8,295 bases of DNA. Origin: Naegleria gruberi (lineage: Eukaryota). The first letter of the stretch is position 1, and each line of letters opens with the position of its first letter. Where the stretch lies: assembly GCA_000004985.1 (NCBI GenBank), contig GG739074.1; one strand, 5' to 3'. A program made the translations under genes and the position numbers. Below the pieces are notes generated by a model, which worked only from the letters and a program-made list of their open reading frames with translations, was not told the origin of the DNA and searched no databases. Positions 1-7,686 of the stretch are shown piece by piece.

Positions 1-370
1 AAATAATGAAATAATTTTGAATGTGAATATTTAAATTTTATAAATTCACAAATAATAATTATTTGTTTAAAAAATGGTGATTTAATTAGATTTGAACCTA
101 TTTTATATTTTAATTATAATATTTAATAAATAATATTCCAAATATAGTAATATAGTAATATTATTATTTTAAAGCCATTGTTAAATAATCTGAAAAACTA
201 TTTTGATAAGTTTCATAATATTCACTATAACTACATCTATCACAACTTAATGTAATAAACATTCTATTTTGTATATTAAATATTTGTGATAATAATCCAC
301 CTGATTCTCTTACTTGTCCTTTATGTAATTCTTTATATCCACATTTTTTCTATTATTTTTTTTTATATTT

Positions 371-431
371 AAATAGTATTTATATTGTAAATAGTATTTA
401 ACAGTATTTAATAGTATTTATATTGTAATAA
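371..431. repeat. Short tandem repeat with a 10-bp unit A(T/C)AGTATTTA. An 18-bp block ATAGTATTTATATTGTAA is duplicated at 373-390 and 411-428.
   Basis: Read directly from the sequence. The core AGTATTTA occurs 4 times, at 375, 393, 403 and 413, and the 18-bp block recurs 38 bp apart. It sits in extremely AT-rich non-coding DNA 3' (on the minus strand) of the ORF that stops at 436-438. Confidence 0.8.
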
Positions 432-435
432 TTAT

Positions 436-810
436 TTAATAAATAATACTTACACATTTCTGATGATGTTGTTTTAATATTTCTTCTTGTTTGGGAAATA
501 TTTTGTTACTAGTATTAGTAGATGAAGAATCAACAATTGATAATCCAATATTATTTAAAGTATTTAAAGTTAATTGTTTAAAATCATCCTTTTCCGATGT
601 TAATGATGGTGTATCTAATATTAATTTATTAATTATTGAATTATTTGATGATTGTGATGGTGATGATATTATTGTAGGTGATGATGAATTGTGATGTGTA
701 ATTGATTGTAAAATATTATTAATTCTACCCTTCCTAATTACATAAACCATCAATAATCTAAATAAATATAATATTACTCCTTTATTAACTAGTGTTGTTA
801 ATACTACCAT
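436..810 (-). CDS. Candidate first coding exon of a minus-strand gene. The product is uncharacterised, with a hydrophobic signal-anchor-like N-terminus and a Ser/Asn-rich low-complexity region.
   Basis: There is a true ATG at 810-808, preceded by an A-rich context (AATAAAAAAATGG on the minus strand). The ORF is 124 codons: MVVLTTLVNKGVILYLFRLLMVYVI... followed by an S/N/T-rich tail. A stop codon (TAA at 438-436) is reached only if an overlapping GTAAGT donor (453-448 on the minus strand) is not used. The antisense ORF 491-694 is shorter and compositionally trivial. No homology search was possible. Confidence 0.4.
   Translation of the reverse strand: MVVLTTLVNKGVILYLFRLLMVYVIRKGRINNILQSITHHNSSSPTIISSPSQSSNNSIINKLILDTPSLTSEKDDFKQLTLNTLNNIGLSIVDSSSTNTSNKIFPKQEEILKQHHQKCVSIIY
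448..453 (-). other. Consensus 5' splice donor GTAAGT (minus strand) directly after codon TGT (Cys, 456-454) of the 436-810 ORF.
   Basis: The plus strand reads ACTTAC at 448-453, which is GTAAGT on the minus strand. The exon would end in phase 0 after ...LKQHHQKC. A possible downstream acceptor (minus-strand TAG) sits at 352-350, opening a 36-nt exon at 349-314 that ends at a second donor GTAAGA (313-308). Confidence 0.3.
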
Positions 811-892
811 TTTTTTATTAGTTTATTAATTTTAATTGATTTGAATATCATCTAATGCATTTGAATGAATAGCAATTAAAGGAAGCACTTCA

Positions 893-903
893 ATTTATAA
901 TAA
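893..903 (-). promoter_or_regulatory. TATA-like element (TTATTATAAAT on the minus strand), ~85-95 bp upstream of ATG 810.
   Basis: The sequence was read directly and the spacing is compatible with a core promoter for the minus-strand exon 436-810. In DNA this AT-rich, TATA-like strings are common by chance. Confidence 0.2.
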
Positions 904-1049
904 TATTCATATTGTAATATAACCAATGTTGTTGTAATAAATATTCAACATTTAAGAGTTACCATCAAGTTCATATATATTGCATAAACAATCAAAATAA
1001 ATGTTGAAACATTACAAAATAATCATTGATTAAATATTTAATAACTGTA

Positions 1050-2147
1050 AATGAACAATTGCATTAACAGAGGTTAGGACCACCGGTGGTATTAAAATAC
1101 CCAATCATTGTACCGATCTACAGCTACTGTTATTTAAATATTGTAATCCACAATGTATTCAAAATTCTTCTTGTTGTCCACGCACTAGTGTATTCAACAC
1201 TTTACAAATATATTAAAAACTTCCCAAAATGTTAATTAATTATTATTTTAAATATTGTGCACAAAATCTTGAACCAGCACGTTTGTAAATGCTCTGGTAA
1301 CACCTTCTTGTATAAGATTCAAACAATCAAATGTTTTAAATATATTTAACAAGTCCCATCGAAGATTTTTCAACATTTAGAAAATTGTTTAATAATTAGT
1401 CAACCCGAATTAAAGTCAACACCTTTTTATTTACGAAAAATACCCGCTAATCAACACGTTTGTTGTTTCCTCAAGATTTATTTTACACATATGGAAAGAG
1501 TGATTAATCTTAAATGTTGTTACAACACTATTAACATGACTATTATATTAAAAAATTTACTTTTGGAAAACGTGCACGATACAACGAACCTTCCCCCCAA
1601 CACCATTTACCAAATGGCAAGTTGAGCGCTCATTTCAAGCCTTGCAAGATTATTCGAGATTGTCTCAAGTCACCTTAAAAATGTGTTGTGTGCGTTACGT
1701 GTTCAACACGTTGTTATCATCATCAAGTCTTTGATCTCGGATGCTGTGAATAAGTTGTTATACATGTCCGGAGTTGAATGAAAATTAATATTGTATCCAT
1801 AGAATGTATTTAAGGTGTATGACCATCATGTAGATTGAAATCTCTTTCCGACGCTGAAAAATTAATGCGATTTTACTTTCCAAAATGAGAGGAAAATTCC
1901 TCAATGTTTCAAACTGCCGCAATTGTTTGTGCACCATTTGCGTCATTTATCACACAGATGCAACGAAGTGGTGGAGGACAACCAAGTGAATTGGTCCATT
2001 GATTAGCACAATTTTTAAAATCCGAAACCTTTACACAACATTTCTCTCAACAACAGAGAGGGAAAGGACGCAAGTGAAAAACTCTTCAAAGAAAAAAAAC
2101 AGTTCACTCAAATTTACTCAATTAACAAACTTAAAGAACTGTTTGCA
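1050..2147. promoter_or_regulatory. GC-richer non-coding block between two divergently oriented open frames. It may be shared promoter and 5'-UTR sequence, and it is dense in short palindromes.
   Basis: Composition shifts visibly, with many more C/G than in 1-1050. No ORF of 60 aa or more exists in any frame. Palindromes: ACCACCGGTGGT 1079-1090, CGTGCACG 1571-1578, CCATTTACCAAATGG 1603-1617, TGAGCGCTCA 1623-1632, CTTGCAAG 1641-1648, ACGTGTTCAACACGT 1697-1711. The 9-mer CACGTTTGT repeats at 1278-1286 and 1455-1463, with a variant CACGTTGTT at 1707-1715. A TATA-like TATTTAAG lies at ~1809-1816. Confidence 0.3.
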
Positions 2148-2279
2148 ATGCTGTTAAATATTAATAATACAAATATTGAAAATGTCATTAATCAATTAGA
2201 GGTTAGATATGAATTTAACTTGACATTATCTAATTCTAATATAATACTACAAACATGTTTTAATAGTGATGAAATGGTG
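2148..2279 (+). CDS. Partial 5' end of a plus-strand coding exon that runs into the N-run. The product is unknown and its N-terminus is Asn/Ile-rich.
   Basis: ATG at 2148-2150, then 44 codons: MLLNINNTNIENVINQLEVRYEFNLTLSNSNIILQTCFNSDEMV. This frame is open for 87 codons from 2019 (stop TAA 2016-2018) with no earlier ATG. A polypyrimidine-CAG acceptor-like site (TTTCTCTCAACAACAG) ends at 2056, so the exon could alternatively begin there in phase 2. The openness is unusual for AT-rich DNA, but the segment is short. Confidence 0.3.
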
Positions 2280-5200
2280 NNNNNNNNNNNNNNNNNNNNN
2301 NNNNNNNNNNNNNNNNNNNNNNNNNNNNNNNNNNNNNNNNNNNNNNNNNNNNNNNNNNNNNNNNNNNNNNNNNNNNNNNNNNNNNNNNNNNNNNNNNNNN
2401 NNNNNNNNNNNNNNNNNNNNNNNNNNNNNNNNNNNNNNNNNNNNNNNNNNNNNNNNNNNNNNNNNNNNNNNNNNNNNNNNNNNNNNNNNNNNNNNNNNNN
2501 NNNNNNNNNNNNNNNNNNNNNNNNNNNNNNNNNNNNNNNNNNNNNNNNNNNNNNNNNNNNNNNNNNNNNNNNNNNNNNNNNNNNNNNNNNNNNNNNNNNN
2601 NNNNNNNNNNNNNNNNNNNNNNNNNNNNNNNNNNNNNNNNNNNNNNNNNNNNNNNNNNNNNNNNNNNNNNNNNNNNNNNNNNNNNNNNNNNNNNNNNNNN
2701 NNNNNNNNNNNNNNNNNNNNNNNNNNNNNNNNNNNNNNNNNNNNNNNNNNNNNNNNNNNNNNNNNNNNNNNNNNNNNNNNNNNNNNNNNNNNNNNNNNNN
2801 NNNNNNNNNNNNNNNNNNNNNNNNNNNNNNNNNNNNNNNNNNNNNNNNNNNNNNNNNNNNNNNNNNNNNNNNNNNNNNNNNNNNNNNNNNNNNNNNNNNN
2901 NNNNNNNNNNNNNNNNNNNNNNNNNNNNNNNNNNNNNNNNNNNNNNNNNNNNNNNNNNNNNNNNNNNNNNNNNNNNNNNNNNNNNNNNNNNNNNNNNNNN
3001 NNNNNNNNNNNNNNNNNNNNNNNNNNNNNNNNNNNNNNNNNNNNNNNNNNNNNNNNNNNNNNNNNNNNNNNNNNNNNNNNNNNNNNNNNNNNNNNNNNNN
3101 NNNNNNNNNNNNNNNNNNNNNNNNNNNNNNNNNNNNNNNNNNNNNNNNNNNNNNNNNNNNNNNNNNNNNNNNNNNNNNNNNNNNNNNNNNNNNNNNNNNN
3201 NNNNNNNNNNNNNNNNNNNNNNNNNNNNNNNNNNNNNNNNNNNNNNNNNNNNNNNNNNNNNNNNNNNNNNNNNNNNNNNNNNNNNNNNNNNNNNNNNNNN
3301 NNNNNNNNNNNNNNNNNNNNNNNNNNNNNNNNNNNNNNNNNNNNNNNNNNNNNNNNNNNNNNNNNNNNNNNNNNNNNNNNNNNNNNNNNNNNNNNNNNNN
3401 NNNNNNNNNNNNNNNNNNNNNNNNNNNNNNNNNNNNNNNNNNNNNNNNNNNNNNNNNNNNNNNNNNNNNNNNNNNNNNNNNNNNNNNNNNNNNNNNNNNN
3501 NNNNNNNNNNNNNNNNNNNNNNNNNNNNNNNNNNNNNNNNNNNNNNNNNNNNNNNNNNNNNNNNNNNNNNNNNNNNNNNNNNNNNNNNNNNNNNNNNNNN
3601 NNNNNNNNNNNNNNNNNNNNNNNNNNNNNNNNNNNNNNNNNNNNNNNNNNNNNNNNNNNNNNNNNNNNNNNNNNNNNNNNNNNNNNNNNNNNNNNNNNNN
3701 NNNNNNNNNNNNNNNNNNNNNNNNNNNNNNNNNNNNNNNNNNNNNNNNNNNNNNNNNNNNNNNNNNNNNNNNNNNNNNNNNNNNNNNNNNNNNNNNNNNN
3801 NNNNNNNNNNNNNNNNNNNNNNNNNNNNNNNNNNNNNNNNNNNNNNNNNNNNNNNNNNNNNNNNNNNNNNNNNNNNNNNNNNNNNNNNNNNNNNNNNNNN
3901 NNNNNNNNNNNNNNNNNNNNNNNNNNNNNNNNNNNNNNNNNNNNNNNNNNNNNNNNNNNNNNNNNNNNNNNNNNNNNNNNNNNNNNNNNNNNNNNNNNNN
4001 NNNNNNNNNNNNNNNNNNNNNNNNNNNNNNNNNNNNNNNNNNNNNNNNNNNNNNNNNNNNNNNNNNNNNNNNNNNNNNNNNNNNNNNNNNNNNNNNNNNN
4101 NNNNNNNNNNNNNNNNNNNNNNNNNNNNNNNNNNNNNNNNNNNNNNNNNNNNNNNNNNNNNNNNNNNNNNNNNNNNNNNNNNNNNNNNNNNNNNNNNNNN
4201 NNNNNNNNNNNNNNNNNNNNNNNNNNNNNNNNNNNNNNNNNNNNNNNNNNNNNNNNNNNNNNNNNNNNNNNNNNNNNNNNNNNNNNNNNNNNNNNNNNNN
4301 NNNNNNNNNNNNNNNNNNNNNNNNNNNNNNNNNNNNNNNNNNNNNNNNNNNNNNNNNNNNNNNNNNNNNNNNNNNNNNNNNNNNNNNNNNNNNNNNNNNN
4401 NNNNNNNNNNNNNNNNNNNNNNNNNNNNNNNNNNNNNNNNNNNNNNNNNNNNNNNNNNNNNNNNNNNNNNNNNNNNNNNNNNNNNNNNNNNNNNNNNNNN
4501 NNNNNNNNNNNNNNNNNNNNNNNNNNNNNNNNNNNNNNNNNNNNNNNNNNNNNNNNNNNNNNNNNNNNNNNNNNNNNNNNNNNNNNNNNNNNNNNNNNNN
4601 NNNNNNNNNNNNNNNNNNNNNNNNNNNNNNNNNNNNNNNNNNNNNNNNNNNNNNNNNNNNNNNNNNNNNNNNNNNNNNNNNNNNNNNNNNNNNNNNNNNN
4701 NNNNNNNNNNNNNNNNNNNNNNNNNNNNNNNNNNNNNNNNNNNNNNNNNNNNNNNNNNNNNNNNNNNNNNNNNNNNNNNNNNNNNNNNNNNNNNNNNNNN
4801 NNNNNNNNNNNNNNNNNNNNNNNNNNNNNNNNNNNNNNNNNNNNNNNNNNNNNNNNNNNNNNNNNNNNNNNNNNNNNNNNNNNNNNNNNNNNNNNNNNNN
4901 NNNNNNNNNNNNNNNNNNNNNNNNNNNNNNNNNNNNNNNNNNNNNNNNNNNNNNNNNNNNNNNNNNNNNNNNNNNNNNNNNNNNNNNNNNNNNNNNNNNN
5001 NNNNNNNNNNNNNNNNNNNNNNNNNNNNNNNNNNNNNNNNNNNNNNNNNNNNNNNNNNNNNNNNNNNNNNNNNNNNNNNNNNNNNNNNNNNNNNNNNNNN
5101 NNNNNNNNNNNNNNNNNNNNNNNNNNNNNNNNNNNNNNNNNNNNNNNNNNNNNNNNNNNNNNNNNNNNNNNNNNNNNNNNNNNNNNNNNNNNNNNNNNNN

Positions 5201-6359
5201 NNNNNNNNNNNNNNNNNNNNNNNNNNNNNNNNNNNNNNNNNNNNNNNNNNNNNNNNNNNNNNNNNNNNNNNNNNNNNNNNNNNNNNNNNNNNNNNNNNNN
5301 NNNNNNNNNNNNNNNNNNNNNNNNNNNNNNNNNNNNNNNNNNNNNNNNNNNNNNNNNNNNNNNNNNNNNNNNNNNNNNNNNNNNNNNNNNNNNNNNNNNN
5401 NNNNNNNNNNNNNNNNNNNNNNNNNNNNNNNNNNNNNNNNNNNNNNNNNNNNNNNNNNNNNNNNNNNNNNNNNNNNNNNNNNNNNNNNNNNNNNNNNNNN
5501 NNNNNNNNNNNNNNNNNNNNNNNNNNNNNNNNNNNNNNNNNNNNNNNNNNNNNNNNNNNNNNNNNNNNNNNNNNNNNNNNNNNNNNNNNNNNNNNNNNNN
5601 NNNNNNNNNNNNNNNNNNNNNNNNNNNNNNNNNNNNNNNNNNNNNNNNNNNNNNNNNNNNNNNNNNNNNNNNNNNNNNNNNNNNNNNNNNNNNNNNNNNN
5701 NNNNNNNNNNNNNNNNNNNNNNNNNNNNNNNNNNNNNNNNNNNNNNNNNNNNNNNNNNNNNNNNNNNNNNNNNNNNNNNNNNNNNNNNNNNNNNNNNNNN
5801 NNNNNNNNNNNNNNNNNNNNNNNNNNNNNNNNNNNNNNNNNNNNNNNNNNNNNNNNNNNNNNNNNNNNNNNNNNNNNNNNNNNNNNNNNNNNNNNNNNNN
5901 NNNNNNNNNNNNNNNNNNNNNNNNNNNNNNNNNNNNNNNNNNNNNNNNNNNNNNNNNNNNNNNNNNNNNNNNNNNNNNNNNNNNNNNNNNNNNNNNNNNN
6001 NNNNNNNNNNNNNNNNNNNNNNNNNNNNNNNNNNNNNNNNNNNNNNNNNNNNNNNNNNNNNNNNNNNNNNNNNNNNNNNNNNNNNNNNNNNNNNNNNNNN
6101 NNNNNNNNNNNNNNNNNNNNNNNNNNNNNNNNNNNNNNNNNNNNNNNNNNNNNNNNNNNNNNNNNNNNNNNNNNNNNNNNNNNNNNNNNNNNNNNNNNNN
6201 NNNNNNNNNNNNNNNNNNNNNNNNNNNNNNNNNNNNNNNNNNNNNNNNNNNNNNNNNNNNNNNNNNNNNNNNNNNNNNNNNNNNNNNNNNNNNNNNNNNN
6301 NNNNNNNNNNNNNNNNNNNNNNNNNNNNNNNNNNNNNNNNNNNNNNNNNNNNNNNNNNN
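2280..6359. other. A 4,080-nt run of N (assembly gap or hard-masked segment). It has no interpretable sequence.
   Basis: Every base from 2280 to 6359 is n. The track ORFs 2148-6383(+), 2266-6393(+), 2192-6391(-) and 2247-6599(-) consist almost entirely of X and exist only because N-codons are not stops. Confidence 0.97.
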
Positions 6360-6611
6360 GGAAAATTTGCAGATAATAGATGACATATCATGATATGGTA
6401 TCGATTTGTACTTTCTAATGATGGTTGTATTCACTTGCGTGCATTGCCGATCATTCTTCAATATTGTGTATGTTAATCTAACAAATTCCTTTGTGTTCTT
6501 TACTACTGAGTTATGGTTATGTAACGTACTTATACTATTTACACATGATATCAAGTTATTACCGAATAATAAATATTCACAGCCTACTGAGCATGCCAAG
6601 TGTTGATACGT
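6360..6611 (-). CDS. Candidate minus-strand coding segment abutting the right edge of the gap. The product is unknown.
   Basis: The minus frame is open for 84 codons from 6611 (stop TGA at 6614-6612) down into the N-run: TYQH-LACSVGCEYLLFGNNLISCVNSISTLHNHNSVVKNTKEFVRLTYTILKNDRQCTQVNTTIIRKYKSIPYHDMSSIICKFS. The track's start at 6599 is a TTG, not an ATG. The opposite strand (6406-6606) is also open, so the true coding strand is ambiguous. Confidence 0.15.
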
Positions 6612-7278
6612 TCATATTATATGTTTGTTTATATCAGTAGGATATCTAACCAACACGTATAGTTAATATAATATTTTGCTTGCAACGAATACGCGCCAGT
6701 TCTACTCGTATTATTGTGCTCACAAAGAATAAGTTTTAAGTAAATGATAATAGACTGTCTACCTCATATTACAATGAATGAGTTAAAATTGTTATCATGC
6801 AATATGTAATAAGAATAGCCTCGAGGAAGAGCCATCATTTGTCGCGCACGAAGGGTTGAATTTACTGTAGCTGTTATTTAACATTCCTTCCGCGAAAAAT
6901 GGTGGATAAACAAGCCATGATATTATGTTTCTTGCTTCTTGCTGCAGGATGCTGAAATTTTCCCACCATGAGATATTTGAATTGTTACGAAGCCAAGAAT
7001 ATATCGCCTTTCAATGTGGTTCCAACAAGCTTTAAATGAAGAAAGTTGTTTACTGATTTGTTTTGAGCAAATGTTAAAAAGAACTCTTTTTGAAATAATT
7101 TGGTAAAGTTCAAAATAAAACAATAAAGCATGGATTTCATTTTTTGCATGCTTTGAATTATTGATTCCTCTGTTGTGTGAACAATGAGTTAGGAAAAATA
7201 GGAATAATTATGGCAAATTAAGTATTCTTAAAGAAAGATTATTAGAAAAAGCCAATAATGAGTTTTAGAAAAATCAAA

Positions 7279-7506
7279 CTATTTAAAATCATCAAATTCT
7301 TCTAATTGTCTGGCAAGTATATCATCATGTTGAGGATAATTTGGGATTGGTATGATAAATATTTCTGGATATGACATTATATCTTTGTTTCTATTGATAA
7401 TATCTCTCATTTCAGAAATCATTTCCCCATGAAACATAGATACTCTTTTGTATCTTTTGTTTAACATCTCCATAGCACGTAAATCCTTCTCAAGCAAGTA
7501 AAATAA
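7279..7506 (-). CDS. Candidate terminal coding exon of the minus-strand gene, in a different frame from the upstream exons. It ends ...PIPNYPQHDDILARQLEEFDDFK*.
   Basis: This frame is open for 75 codons from 7506 (stop TGA at 7509-7507) to TAA at 7281-7279. The listed start at 7497 is a TTG. The pyrimidine-rich tract TTTTACTTGCTTGAG (minus strand, ending with AG at 7490-7489) looks like a 3' splice site, which would start the exon at 7488 (AAG GAT TTA CGT = KDLR). The frame differs by +2 from 7464-7644, so the junction needs a 3k+2 intron or a frameshift. Confidence 0.4.
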   Translation of the reverse strand, partial: LFYLLEKDLRAMEMLNKRYKRVSMFHGEMISEMRDIINRNKDIMSYPEIFIIPIPNYPQHDDILARQLEEFDDFK

Positions 7507-7644
7507 TCAAAGGTTAAAACCTGTCCTGAAGATGTTTTAACAGTAGATTTTCGTGGTTTTTTACCTTGTTCAATTTCTTTACAAATATTTAAGTGAAATT
7601 GGCTTATATCAGCAATAGGTGAAATGATTACCAATAATGGATAT
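7464..7644 (-). CDS. Coding segment continuing the same reading frame as 7687-8295 after the 42-nt intron.
   Basis: The frame is open for ~60 codons with no Met: YPLLVIISPIADISQFHLNICKEIEQGKKPRKSTVKTSSGQVLTFDYFTCLRRIYVLWRC, then TAA at 7463-7461. The ORF track omitted it because it has no start codon. Confidence 0.35.
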
Positions 7645-7686
7645 CTTGAAATATAGCTGAGTTAAGTAATTCAAGAGGAAACTTAC
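7645..7686 (-). other. Inferred 42-nt intron (GTAAGT...TTTCAAG) in the minus-strand gene.
   Basis: The minus strand reads GTAAGTTTCCTCTTGAATTACTTAACTCAGCTATATTTCAAG. The three in-frame stops are TAA 7685-7683, TGA 7673-7671 and TAA 7664-7662, and they are the only stops in this frame between 8295 and 7464. Removing 42 nt, a multiple of 3, rejoins the frame exactly as ...ENELF-L-YPLLVII.... An alternative acceptor, TCAG ending at 7657, would give a 30-nt intron and is also frame-preserving. Confidence 0.4.

Noticed and set aside
371-431. Tandem repeat as a CRISPR array.
   Set aside because: The units are ~10 bp and contiguous with no unique spacers, in extreme-AT non-coding eukaryotic-type DNA, and no cas genes are present. 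It is a micro/minisatellite.
491-694. Plus-strand 67-aa ORF antisense to 436-810.
   Set aside because: It is shorter and wholly contained in the antisense of a longer ORF that has a real ATG, a hydrophobic N-terminus and a donor site. Its D/E/L/I-rich composition is what the complement of an S/N-rich frame gives by default.
1041-1150. tRNA or snRNA in the GC-richer stretch around ACCACCGGTGGT.
   Set aside because: No cloverleaf could be folded and no T-loop GTTCGAATC-type box is present. It does not match the U1, U2, U5, U6 or 5S consensus sequences I know.
2148-6599. Four 1,375-1,450-aa ORFs from the supplied track (2148-6383 +, 2266-6393 +, 2192-6391 -, 2247-6599 -).
   Set aside because: They consist almost entirely of X from translating the N-run. 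Only their short real-sequence ends (2148-2279 and 6360-6611) carry information, and those are listed separately.
1122-6881. Near-identical 16-20-mers (AGCT[ACT]GTTATTTAA) at 1122-1137 and 6867-6881 in direct orientation flanking the gap, as possible element termini or a target-site duplication.
   Set aside because: They are far too short for LTRs. An 11-mer exact match between two ~1-kb AT-rich flanks is expected by chance. This is only testable once the gap is filled.
6923-7123. Minus-strand 66-aa ORF.
   Set aside because: It has no supporting splice or promoter context. It overlaps plus-strand AATAAA signals and two short plus-strand ATG ORFs, and it is within chance length for this composition.
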